DNA of 63,241 bases, filler included, from Phoronis australis (taxonomy: Eukaryota; Animalia; Phoronida), in assembly GCA_002633005.1 (NCBI GenBank). It is 10 parts of 10 records of this genome, joined end to end, with 100 filler letters (N's around TTAATTAATTAA, not from the genome) between each part and the next. Parts side by side here need not be neighbours in the genome. Positions count along the whole stretch, not along the records: positions 22,486 to 49,472 come from NMRA01000673.1; 9 more parts are not named here. The stretch is one strand, 5' to 3'. The position numbers and the translations under genes are program-made. The notes beneath the pieces were generated by a model. It was not told the DNA's origin. It was given only the letters and a program-made list of their open reading frames with translations, and did no database searches. Shown here in pieces: positions 26,935 through 38,750 of this stretch (position 1 is the stretch's first letter; each line of letters opens with the position of its first letter).

Positions 26935-28929
26935 TATATATTGAGGAGCGCTGTACTCGTAGCATTTTACATATATATTGAGGAGCGCTGTACTCGTAGC
27001 ATTCTAAATAATAATTTTAACTGACAACCCGCCTGCCACAATTCCTGTGCTCTTCGGCTGTCAGTGAATTGCGCAATTCTTGAAATCATAGTGTGTCACT
27101 ATGTTTTAGGAGCCCCAATATGTCCACATTTAGGACATAGATGTGATATCCTCTTGATGTCCAAAGCAATCCGGTCAAACTGGCCAAAATATATCAAGTG
27201 CCCAGAGTGATTTTTCGAGTTGGAAGTATTGTTATTACATGTAGGGTTGTTTTACATATTACATTCCATGGGTCAAACGATCCACCTGTGTATTGGCTGC
27301 TCACTAGGAAGTTCTGCAAAAAGTGTATATTCTCCGAGAGTGTTACCTGCCATTTTCTAGAAATGAGAACAACAAAGCAAACCCGCAAGAACTGCACAGG
27401 CGATGAAGAAGGGTAAGCAGTTTAGGGAGGAACACTGGCTGACACCACAGCAGGATAAAGGTTTTTCATGCTTGGCTGCCTTGAACCGCGCTGGCAAATT
27501 GTCGAATTATATGTATGGAGATAATAAAGTTGACACTCAGTGATGCCGAGGAATACTTCAGATTTATTCTTCGCCCAAAAACTGTGCAATCTGTTGGGTT
27601 TCGGGGGTGATTTAACCAATTGCTTTTGATGTGATATTGTAGTAACTGAGGCAAATGCAAAATTCAATGTATCAACACTTGTTGCGATTTTGTCAGTAAA
27701 ATCAGGATATTTAGTCGGTAGTCAGGTGGAAACAATGTTTTACAGTTAACTAAAGATGCTGGTATTCCAGTTTCCATCTTTCAAATTCATTTTACACTCC
27801 ACCTCACTTAACTAAAAAGCGAGGCTTTATCTGAGTGTTGACTTATGTACAAGCCAAAGGAAGCGTCATCACTTAGTCAGACGGCCGAGTTACATGTACC
27901 ATATGTGATGACAAATTCAGTGAGTGCCTATGTATTCTGAAAGGTTAACTTTGGGAGTGTCGTGCTTGAACCAATTCACTGGCATTTAGATGAAAGAACA
28001 CATTTCGACATCTCGTTTTTATAGGCTACTTTGTACCACTTAACAGGATGATAAGTGTTAAAAAAGATTACCTCCACATTAGATATCATTTTTTTTACTT
28101 TATTTTTGGCCAACATGGTGTATGCAGACTGTCGAGTTACGTGTAAGGTATGTGATGTTGAGTTAAGCGAGGTGCTGAAGTCACCTGTAGTTTGAATGGT
28201 TAACATCAGGAAGGTCATGATTGAGCCAATTCACCGGCATTTAGATCAGTTAACACGTTTAGATATCTCGTTTTTCCCCATGCTGTTTTGTATAAATTAA
28301 CTGGGTGATGAGTATTGAACCAGATTCTAGTCACATCAAATATCATTTTTGATTTTAAAGTGGTCCAACAGTGTATATACAGACTGACAAGTCATGTGTA
28401 CAGTATGGGCTGAGGAGATAATCGAGGTTAATTGTAGATGTATTTTGAACAGTTAACATTAGGAGTGTCATATTTGAGCCAGCCCACTATCACTTAGATC
28501 AGTTACCACTTTTAGGTAACTCTCCTGTGATTTTGCCGAGGAAAAGGTTAATAGTCTTGTTATTAAATCGACACAAAGACTAGCAATTAGAACCCACTAT
28601 GCACAAAGCTCTATTTGGAACTCGAAACTGTTTTCAAAGTTTTTTTATTGTGAGTCTGCTGAGAAGTCATGGAAAAACATGATCTACAATTGAATGCTTG
28701 TCGTGTACTAATGTACTTGATACTGAAAACAGACTTTATCATTCCACTTCTTTTATGTTACCTCTGTAGTGGACGAAAATGTGAAAATACTTCAAACAGA
28801 TAGCACTCATATACTCAAATAGAGGTTGATCACGCGGAATAGGTTACCACTGCCCTCTAGAGGATTAGGATGTAATTCCACATATTTAAACTTCGCACAT
28901 CTAGTCACACACACTTAATTAATCAAGTA
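26935..28929 (+). repeat. ~2-kb interspersed repeat, copy 1 (37-bp and ~250-bp internal tandem units)
   Basis: Near-identical to 47364-49399; the ORF track gives almost the same translations at 27422 and 47881. Confidence 0.9.
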
Positions 28930-31055
28930 TGTTCCTCTGTGCCTCCCACTAAGTAGATGAAATATCTTCTCATTGGTAACCGGTTCCACGTGGGCAGCCC
29001 CAATTGCTACTTGAACGTCTCCCATTTCTCACTTCTGTCAGTCACAACGAACTGTATACAGACAGCAAAATAACACTGGCCAGCCATACCACCCCAAAAG
29101 ATGAAGTATTTTGGGCAGTGACGACTATGCAGTCCACGGAAATCTGGTCACGAGTAGTTTTGCCTTTCACTGCAAATGCCAATGGATCTTTCACCCCGAC
29201 AGTGTTCTCCACTTTTAAAGCCCTGTATCAAAACCACTTGAAGTTCCATTAAAATAACGTTTGTTCACACCCTCTCACAGTAAGCACCTTCTTTGTTAAC
29301 AGGAAAATCACAGATAAAACCAAAACTAAATGGTATTGTTCATACAACACTGTACGACTTAGAAAGTTGCAAGATGGGAGGGAACAACCACAATTTTTGA
29401 AGAAAAATGATGAAAATGGTGTAACGGCGGGGTTTGTTTTTTAGTCGTGCCACTTAGAAAAACTGAGCTTTGCAAAACCAGTGAGAATTTAATTTCGGCC
29501 TTCGCAAAAGTAGTCTTTCCAAAATTACTGACGTTCGTCTAATAAGTACAGCAATCTTAATTCCATGACAACAAGCACCTTTCATAAATAAAGTACCCTC
29601 GGGGCCTAGAAATTACTATTTTTGATAAAGGTTGAAACGGATTCGAAGTTTACGGGCCAACCAGCAGCGATCACTTTTTGTTGTCGCTTGTTCAGCACTA
29701 CTCACTGTGGTGAAATGGCGTAATCACCACTCAGTTTCGACTTCATATGACATGAAACCCGTTACTGTCAGACGATCTTTGTCATATTCTTTAGATCTAA
29801 GGTAGCACAACAAAATTTTCTGAAAACCTGCGCAAGCTGAGATATCGAGATAAGAATTTAGACAACTTTGATCGTTTCAAAAATCGCCAAAAGCATTCAT
29901 CTTATGCGGCTCTAAAAATAGACAAAGAATTGTCGATATCTGTCAATGTTGCATGAATAAAGTAGTCGAAGGTGACACCTGGTCAGTAACACAGGTTCAA
30001 TATTTCAAGCTGACTTCCAATACTAAAATAAATGTTGAAATTTTACTAAAACCAACTGCCACCAGGCTAAAAACTTGCCGGAATCAACAAGTATTCATGA
30101 AAATCAAAAGGAGTTTTAAATAAAGAATATACATGTAGGTGGTCTGGGGTCAGTGGGAGCAAGCTCATCCGAGAGACAAAATATAAAGAAAATCTGCAAT
30201 ATGTGTTGATCACCATCTGCCTGCTCCATCTGTGGACATGCTGGTTTATCTGCCACTCTTATATTAAAATTCGTGCATATTCGTTGTATCTTTTGAGAAA
30301 TTAGTGTTTCTGCGAATATTAACTTAAGGTGATGAAATTTTGACAGTTTAATCATTTGCCTCCGAAACTCGAATACCCGTTTTTCAGCAAGAGATTTAGA
30401 AACAGTCCCGAAGGCGGTGCACCAAAGACCTTGAAATCTCGCTTTCAAAGTGTATCTTCAAAGCATGACCCCAATAGAGTGAACTTTTTCCAGTTTGGAC
30501 CTTAATAAAGTGAATCTTGACCTTAAGCCATGCATTCACTAGCCGGAAAAGACGAAACAGTTAAGTGGTATTCTCAAGGCATTGTTCGATCTACTCCGGT
30601 ATATTCCGGGCAAGTGCTGTTATTTTTCTTCATGATTTTTCCGAATCAGGCAGTTTGCCGCAGGATTATCTTATGAAACATNCCCCCCCACAGTATAACT
30701 CTTTGTATCCTATAAGTCAAAATCATTCCCAAAACGCCTTACGAGCGTATCAGGTCAATATGTCACTTTGCGCGAAACGTTTTTGAAGTACTGCTACGGA
30801 AGTTTCTTGTGGCTGCCTCATATGAAATTTGAGACCACAGTGGACAAAAGAATAGCGAAATCAAATTAATTGTTTTGTGCCCCCGCTGTTTTGCTTCTTA
30901 ATTACGGGCATTAGATGGCTACTTTTTGCAATTATCAGAACAAAATTGAAGACAAATTATTTGAAGGGGTTGTTATTTGTAATTTTGTCTTGGTTACGGA
31001 TCATCGAGGCACTATATCTGTGCAAACATTTAGCGCTTTGGCAAACGAATTTGCA

Positions 31056-32042
31056 ATGTTCAACCTGAGAGGTGATGTGGCGGTTTGGTTTGGTATCGCA
31101 GTTTCACTGTTCGTAGTGAATGCATCCGTTGATTCATTGGACTTGTGTACCACTGACGGTCATCGTTGCTCACCAGATGATGTGTGCTCTGGTAAAATTA
31201 AGAAGTATTGTGACTGTGGAAAGGACTGCATTAATTATGGTACTTGTTGTCTTAATGTATACGATCAGATCAACACAACCTGCCCAGAAAACTTTGAAAC
31301 GCGAACAAAGTTTGTTGATAATAAGCGTTGCGTCGCCATCTCTAACTTCCACTACCAATTCAATGCTACATCGCAACAACTGACAATTCCAGCACTAAGT
31401 CTTTTCACATACGTCGTCATGGTGTCTACGTGTCCAGTTGAATCTCCAGATAGATTGCGTAGAATGTGTGAAGACGAAGAGTCCTTTCCTTTCAACTTAG
31501 ATGACGTGTTTCATAGTACTTCCACCATGGTTCCTGCTGAGCTCAATGGCACTCATTTCCGCAACGTCCACTGCGCTCTTTGCAACAACATAACAACCGC
31601 CGTACCTTGGAACGTTTCCGTGATTTCACCAACCAAAATGTATGCTGACCTCGCTGCTGGGAATAGAAGACTATACAGTTCTCCGTCCACTTTGCTGAGC
31701 GATCAAGCACCATGGTTTTTGTTGCAGCCTCAAAACATGGAATCAAGTAGGAAATGCTTTCCAAAGACTTCCAGATCTTGCAAATTACAACCAAATTTCG
31801 AAGAGCAATGTCACATTTACAATAGCGCTGTCGAAGATTATACAACCAGAAAACAATATGATAACATTTTCTGTGCGAAATGTAATAATGCTAATGCTTA
31901 TACCCTGGTTTGTTTGAACAAACCTTACAATGTATATTCCTTCGTACTGCAGGCGTCATTTTCGGCTATATTCAACTTTGTCGATACTCGGGAGGACCAT
32001 TCTGGCCCCTGCCACAGCAACAATTTCCTTGATCCACTATCA
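31056..32042 (+). CDS. Exon 1 of an SMB-like/Cys-rich ectodomain family-B (adhesion/Mth-like) 7TM receptor gene
   Basis: Signal-like MFNLRGDVAVWFGIAVSLFVVNAS, somatomedin-B-like CDCGKDCINYGTCC, and repeated (F/Y)xNxxCAxCN motifs. Donor TCA|GTGAGT, phase 0. An upstream in-frame ATG at 30915 is an alternative start. Confidence 0.8.
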
Positions 32043-32137
32043 GTGAGTATAATTTCATTTACTTTCAAGACCCATGTTAAGAGTGGCATAACAAAAAATT
32101 AACTTTTATACAAATTTTATGTTATAAACACATTGTC

Positions 32138-32455
32138 ATTTGGAATGACCTTTTATCAAATAAATGAGCCTTGATAAAGGGCTAAATTGAATACTTAATA
32201 AGGTATTGCGCTCTCAATCCCGTACTTGCGAATGCACTAATTGGTCCTATACATGTATACATAATAGGATAGGTCACTCAAACGAGTACAGTCAGTGGTC
32301 TAGCCTATGCTCACTTCACCACTGAATGCGTTCGTTTGAGGGGTCTAGACCCATACACGCATTAGCAAATGTGGACTTGTCTGGGCAATACCTTATTAAG
32401 TATTAAATTCAACTTTTCTCCAAGCTCGCTTATTTGAGAAAAGTTTATTTCAAAT
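32138..32455. mobile_element. Hairpin MITE in the receptor intron
   Basis: ~70-bp imperfect inverted repeats including AATACTTAATAAGGTATTGC / GCAATACCTTATTAAGTATT. Confidence 0.65.
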
Positions 32456-33434
32456 TCGCTCTTGTTTACGCTAATTGTCAATCTTCGCGAAATCCTTCCA
32501 CGTTCCATCAAAAAAATCTTTCAGCCCACAAAACCTAACCGAGAAGTACGTCATCTTCTGAGTTATCTTAATTATGTTATTCCTGATTTGAAATGTCGCT
32601 CAATGATGCATGTATGTGCTCACTTCACCATGTTTTGTGAAAAGTAACATTCATGTCTCAACACGAATAGCAATCGATTCGCCATTCCTAGAAAAGAGAT
32701 CCTAGCTAGAATATTTCAGCATGACCACGTATTTATCGAACAATATTTCTGCGTCCTCCCAAAAAGTTTTCATTATTTTAAACTGTGAAAAAGTTATATT
32801 GTCACGTAGACAACTGTCTTATGATTGGCTTCATCGGCTGACAATAATGCTGACACTGGTATTTCGTGGCGGTGGTTCAAGCAAAGACAACAGAAAAAGT
32901 GATCAAAGCATCGCAACGGTTTTTGGAATTAACACGATGTTAAATGTATAAACAAAAAAAGAATTATTCAGTGCCCAAGAGTTGTAAATAATCGGGAGAC
33001 ATAGGCTCCCTTGACGGGTTCAGTACCTTTTCAGGGAATATCTCGAAAATGGTTCTTGCACAATCGCCGACATAGCACCAGCGATTTGATCCGCCATGAT
33101 TCACCGCTCCCAGACACGTAACCGGTCAGTGAAGAAGTATTTACATGAGTGCGCGTGACATTGTGTTGTAAAACCGAACGGCATTGGCTAAGAGTAAACA
33201 CTAAATTACGAACGTAATTTTACGCCGTAAAGAATTGAATTACGCTCTTAATTTTACGGCGTAATTAAGGGCGTAAATAACGGCGTAATGTACATAATTA
33301 AGCTCGTGTTTTTCCGGCGACACTTTCCCCCAACGGCCCCTGATATGTTCTAGGGTAGGGGCTTAACTTCAAAGTATACAGTATGTCAATATTTACTGTA
33401 TACCTGACCACACGTAATATGACCCTCATGTTCA

Positions 33435-33925
33435 AGGCGTTCCATCGAAATTAAAATCCCGGAGTCCAAAACAGATTCACTTTCAAGATAGGTAACCAGC
33501 CCAGAAAAATACGAACCAAGATATTTAGAACACGACCCTGACCTTCAAAACATTTAACCGAGGAACAGAGAGGAAACCTGGACAATTTTTCAAGTTTTCT
33601 GAGACGATGTCAGTAGTTTCAAAGTTTGAGTTGAAGAGTCTTTAAGTACCTTCCAGTAATTTTCTGCATTTGTTTGTTAAAATGTGTCAACAATAAACGC
33701 GGCTGGTATTATATTGATTTCGTTATTCGATTTTTATCTGTAAATGCAATACTGCTTGTGTGCGGGTGAATTTCAACATAATCTATACTAGCAACACGTT
33801 GTCACCTCGGTGAATACTTAGTTAATTTCAGATTATTCGATAGTTTTGCAAAAAATAATCTAAAAACGACAAACAAAGCTGTGTGTATTATTTGGACTTC
33901 CAAGTGCCATTATTGATTAATTCTT
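33435..33925 (+). mobile_element. Partial, diverged copy of the 8415-9323 element
   Basis: Colinear similarity to 8415-8900. Confidence 0.6.
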
Positions 33926-34295
33926 TAAATGTCTGTACAATTGGAAGCATTTTAGGGTTCGTCGATTCACTTGTTCAGAGTACATTTTTTCAAGCACAAT
34001 CAATTTCCGGATTTTGAAATGGACCTCGACAAATATCCACTCTTAAGTCTATGACCTGCACCGTCACCATTTTCGCCAATCTTGCCCTCACAATGTGTAC
34101 TTCAACTTCTTCTAATTAACCAATAAAACAGAATTTGGATTCGGAATTCCTGAAACCAACGCTTTTACGCTCTTCTTGGCGGATTATCTCTCTGGAAACT
34201 GTGACCGCTGTAGCGAGACTGCCGCCTCTACCTTTCCATGGGTAACTGAGAGATACATCTAAAAACTAAATCTGAAGTGATCCCAATACATGTAC

Positions 34296-34763
34296 ATACA
34301 CTGATCAAGAAATACTAGAGAGTCGCCGTGAACATGCACAGGCAACGGATCGTATGGATAGTTTTTTGGTAAGCCGGAATTTGTCAGACAAATCACTGTC
34401 GACGAAATGCCGGCCACAGACAGGGAGATGTTGCACGGCCTCATACTTGCTATTAACAGCGTACCTTTTATTCTTTACTCACGCGAGCCACTTCTTAAGC
34501 ATTTCGGTCTCTCGAGGAAGTCGAAAAAGCGATATACCCGCTTTCTTCGCGGCTCCATAGTTCGGACAAGCGGGAACGATGCACCGCAATATAGCGGCAT
34601 TCACTCTGCAGACGAACCACAGATGCCGCTGCGTCGTTTTTCACCTTCCTAACCGGTTAACGAGACACCTCTCGGCAAGGTGAGGTCGACCGTATAAGAG
34701 GCGATGTGGATATAGACCAATTAAGACGGTAAAAAGGCTAATTAAATCGGGTGGCATTCTCCT
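34296..34763 (+). mobile_element. Right end of the Kolobok-like family seen at 12460-13953
   Basis: Matches ~13600-13953 and ends GGGTGGCATTCTCCT followed by TTAA. Confidence 0.75.
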
Positions 34764-35684
34764 TTAACTGAACTCAACAAACCAGTCCTGGGTACTTATA
34801 GTCTCTTACAGTTTTCTATAAACATAAACTATGCTCTAGAATCTTTTACATGCTAAAACCTTGTAGAATGTTGCCTGCTACACTGCCGTAAACAAATCAT
34901 CATCACGGTCCTGGCGTCATCCGTCATGTTAATGAAGTGCTAACTGCTGGTACACAAAAAAGAACAACAGAATAAAAAAGACATAGAACATGCAAGTCTG
35001 TTCCTGACAACCGTTTTTAGTATTGGCACCTGCCAGACAAATGTGTCATCACGTGTGCCCGCGTAACCTCTGAATCACGACCACTTGTGAGCTCTAAATG
35101 GGTGAAATGGGGTATGGATGTCAGGAAAAATGGTCTCTGAAATTCTGATTTAAGGTAATTCTTACGGCTTGAAAGCTTTCGTTTGAAATGTGTAGAATAT
35201 GCATTACCGGGCCATTAAAAATAAAATTAGAAACAAAAAAGCATTTCAGTGATTTTGTGAATGTGATTACACACGCAAAAAGTATGCATAAACATAACTG
35301 TCAATGTGTAAAGTTCCGCAAACTGACTTGAAGCCATTGAGCGACAGTCACTATCGACTCCACAAAAATCCCCCACTTCTCCTGTCACGTAATCTATGCA
35401 ACGGAATAATCTGTACCAATTTTATTTGTGCGTTCTTATGTATCACTTCCTCATCCCATATAGTGTTTACTCTCAGAACGCAATCTACCTGGTTTTGATA
35501 TTGGAAATACAAAGTCTCACTACAATCATACATGCAAATTTTAAGCTGAATCGGAAGTTTGACCACTGAAGTGTGTTTTTTATTTCTTTTATTTTCACAT
35601 GGAATTAATCTTAACTGTTAATATTTGTATTTTCATTATTGTTTGTGTTATCATAGAGACACGTATTTTATAATTTATTCCCAG

Positions 35685-37289
35685 GGCAACTACATACCCT
35701 TGCACTGTGGACCAATGCGCCGTCTTCAATGTGGATCCTGCGTGGAGTTGTACAAGAGCATTTCAAGGCTTATGTTTGTCATTGAGTCGGAAATCCCGGT
35801 AACAGCATGGTCGGAGGTACTTGAATCAATTGAAACGTCAAAGTCTATCTCGTGTGGCATCTCCGCAGAACCAGGAAGTCCTTGGAAACCCCGCTTTTCC
35901 TCACGCGGGTTGGACCCACTTATAAAAGGAAATCTGCGTCGTTGGTTGGAGCTTTTCACTAAATTCATAACTGAAAATGCACCAAGATATAGCTTAAAAG
36001 CCATTTTTAAACTGCAGAATGTAACTACTTTAAATGGCACTGTGTACGGCAATTCTAAGTTTCTTCATGTCCACACTCAAATTACGATCAACTCGCACGT
36101 GAATCCTATACAAACATTTGCCTACGCAAACACCATATCCAAATCTTTCTTCAGCAATGTGACTACTTTTGATCAACAGTCTGAGGGAAACATACAATTA
36201 TATGCTAATAGTACTGAAGGTAAAATTCCATTAGAATCTGTGTTGATGGCATGCCCTCGTATTTACATCAATCTCAGCACAATCAATACCTTGAACGCAA
36301 TAGCTTTAAATAACTCCTGTGAGCCGATGACCTTCAAAAAGTGGTTCAACAAAGTGGATAACTCCACAATTGAAGTTTGCCAAGAAGAATTCTCCAGAAT
36401 CACGGATATTGTTGAACAAAGATGTCCGTCGAACGTCCTGTCCTCGAAGCGTACGGCTTCATTGGTTTCTTTTTGGTTGACGATAGTTTCCATCCTAGGT
36501 CTGGTCTTTACTACGCTCGTGTATGTGCTGTTTAAGGAACTGAGGTCTTCTCAAGGAGGGGGCCACGTAATCTTAATATGCACTTCCCTTTGTCTAGGAC
36601 AGGCATCTTTTCAGTTTGGCGCCCAGGCAATTGTCCTGAGGCGTCTTTGTATCGCCATGGCAATCAGCACTCATTACCTGTATTTGTTTTATTTTACATG
36701 CTCGACTAATCTCATCCTCTCGGTGGCTAAGGTGACGTGGAGCATAGAATCAATGGTGGCTAACTCAGCGTCCAACAAGAATCATCTGTACGTTACCTGT
36801 AAGCTAGTTCCGTTGATAGCTTTAGTTCCACTCTTGATAGTCGGTTCATCGTGTGTGCTCAATTTTATTCCCGAATCGCCGTAAAAAGTAGGATATGGTA
36901 GCGAAATTTGTTGGATCGCTGAACCTGCAGTCATTGCTTACTTCTTCGGTGCTCCAATAGGCGTGTTGGTCGGGGTAAATGTCGTCGTTATTTCGATTAT
37001 TTTTTGTCGCCTGTTTCGAATCCGCAAGGAAATTCGCAGTCAAGTGGCTCCTCACTGGAGCCTAGTTTTAGTTATCATTCGTCTTTGCTTATGCGCTGGC
37101 GTGACATGGATTAGTGGTTTCATTGCAAACATTGTTGATAGGGAGATCACGTGGCACATTTTTATGGTTCTAAACACTTCACAAGGTACACTGATCTCCG
37201 TCTCTCTTTTGTATCGACAAGATGTTTGTGCCCAGTTTGTAAAGGTAGGGAGACAAATTCGTTTACGCTTTTTAGGCGATGGAAATTGA
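35685..37289 (+). pseudogene. Exon 2 of the family-B 7TM receptor gene; in-frame TAA at 36882-36884
   Basis: Acceptor cccag|GGC is in frame with exon 1. TM1 ends YVLFKELR and TM3 contains HYLYLFYF. After the stop the same frame continues KVGYGSEICWI (ECL2), followed by TM5-7 (GVTWISGF, FMVLNTSQG) and TGA at 37289. Confidence 0.78.
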
Positions 37290-37470
37290 TTAATTTGGCG
37301 AACATAATCCTTTAGCAGCATACAGCTGGAGCGAGAATTTGGACTTTATTTTACAAAACAGATATAAAAGGCCCAACAATGTAGATCAAATATCAGTTTT
37401 TGAGAATATTTCTACGTGTGCATTTTCTAATCCTGTGTCATGAAAAGAACATCCCATGTGGTTCAACTCC

Positions 37471-37476
37471 AATAAA
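37471..37476 (+). promoter_or_regulatory. Candidate polyadenylation signal of the receptor gene
   Basis: AATAAA about 180 nt after the stop, with T-rich sequence downstream. Confidence 0.45.
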
Positions 37477-38014
37477 GTATCTCCTCCTTTTTAATATATT
37501 ACGACTTTTTATGACGTAAGTGCAGATTATTAATAACTATTTGACAGTCATCTGTTGTATTATGCTGTCGTGTTGTAAATTCAGTTAATTGTTCTTCGAA
37601 ATCAAATTTACTATCTGACTCGGGTGCAGGGTGTAGAGACAGCGTCACGGCAATTGAAAACAATTCAAACTGTTTGTATACAGCCGTATTGATAATTGTG
37701 GTGACTTGGGATCGGAGCTAAATGCTTTTGGAGAGATGGTGGAAACCTGCGACAAAGTCGTGCATTTCCGAACCATGCAATGAAAAACGTAGGCTGCTAT
37801 AGCCCGCCCGGCCACTTGTGTTTCACTTCCCATAGACCATGGGCGACGCAGCACTAAAAATATAGGAGGCTATAGCGCCTCATCCTCCAATGGTGCGCCG
37901 CCGTGAGATCTCAGCCATCTTCTTGAACATTCAATTAAATGATATATTGAATACATTCCTTCAAAAGTCTCCCTGCTTGTCACCAGGTCATCCAAGGAGA
38001 GATTCCAACGGTAA

Positions 38015-38750
38015 TAGCCCACGATATACCAGATACATTAAACTCTTTGATATTCGTTATGCTCCCATGCACGGGGCCCTCATCATAAACTCACAATATA
38101 TCGGCTATATTAGACTTCTTTTTTATTACTACCAGAGAGTCTAATCAACAAACCACGATATATGGGATAAATTGTGTTCTCTTGTATGCCCAGACCAAGG
38201 CCATCTATCAGAGATTCTAACAAATAACATATGATATTTCGGATGCATTGATTCATCTATTGGCCACTAGGCTCCCACATGCAAGAACTCACTTTTACGA
38301 TTAACTCTCCATATATTGGATACATTTCATATTCTGATCCTTTTACTTACCAATAAGGTCGACTACCCAAGGTTCCACCAGAAATTCATGATGAACCGGA
38401 TACTATGTTTCTCTTATAGGCCGCTAGGTTTGAATATGCAGCACATTATATTTACCCTTAACTCGTGATATATCTGATGCATTTCACAATCTGATCACTT
38501 TAATTAATATCTAAAGGCTCATGATATATCGGATACATTGATTCCTTTTTGTAACTTTTACACACACAAAGTTTTCCTCTGATGAAGGTGTTTATAAAAT
38601 TCCCACGAGGAATGAGATTAATGTGTCGAGATGTTTCCGATAATCGGGAGACGATTAGCGGCTTGTTTCAAAGCCTTGGTAGCCAATTTGTCCCTAGAGA
38701 GATTCCACCAAAAACTCGTGGTTTATCGGGCATGTTGATTCTCTTAATGT
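38015..38750. repeat. Degenerate ~60-80-bp tandem repeat
   Basis: A motif like CATGATATATCGGATACATTGATTC recurs about nine times (near 38020, 38092, 38153, 38228, 38309, 38387, 38464, 38520, 38717). Confidence 0.6.
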
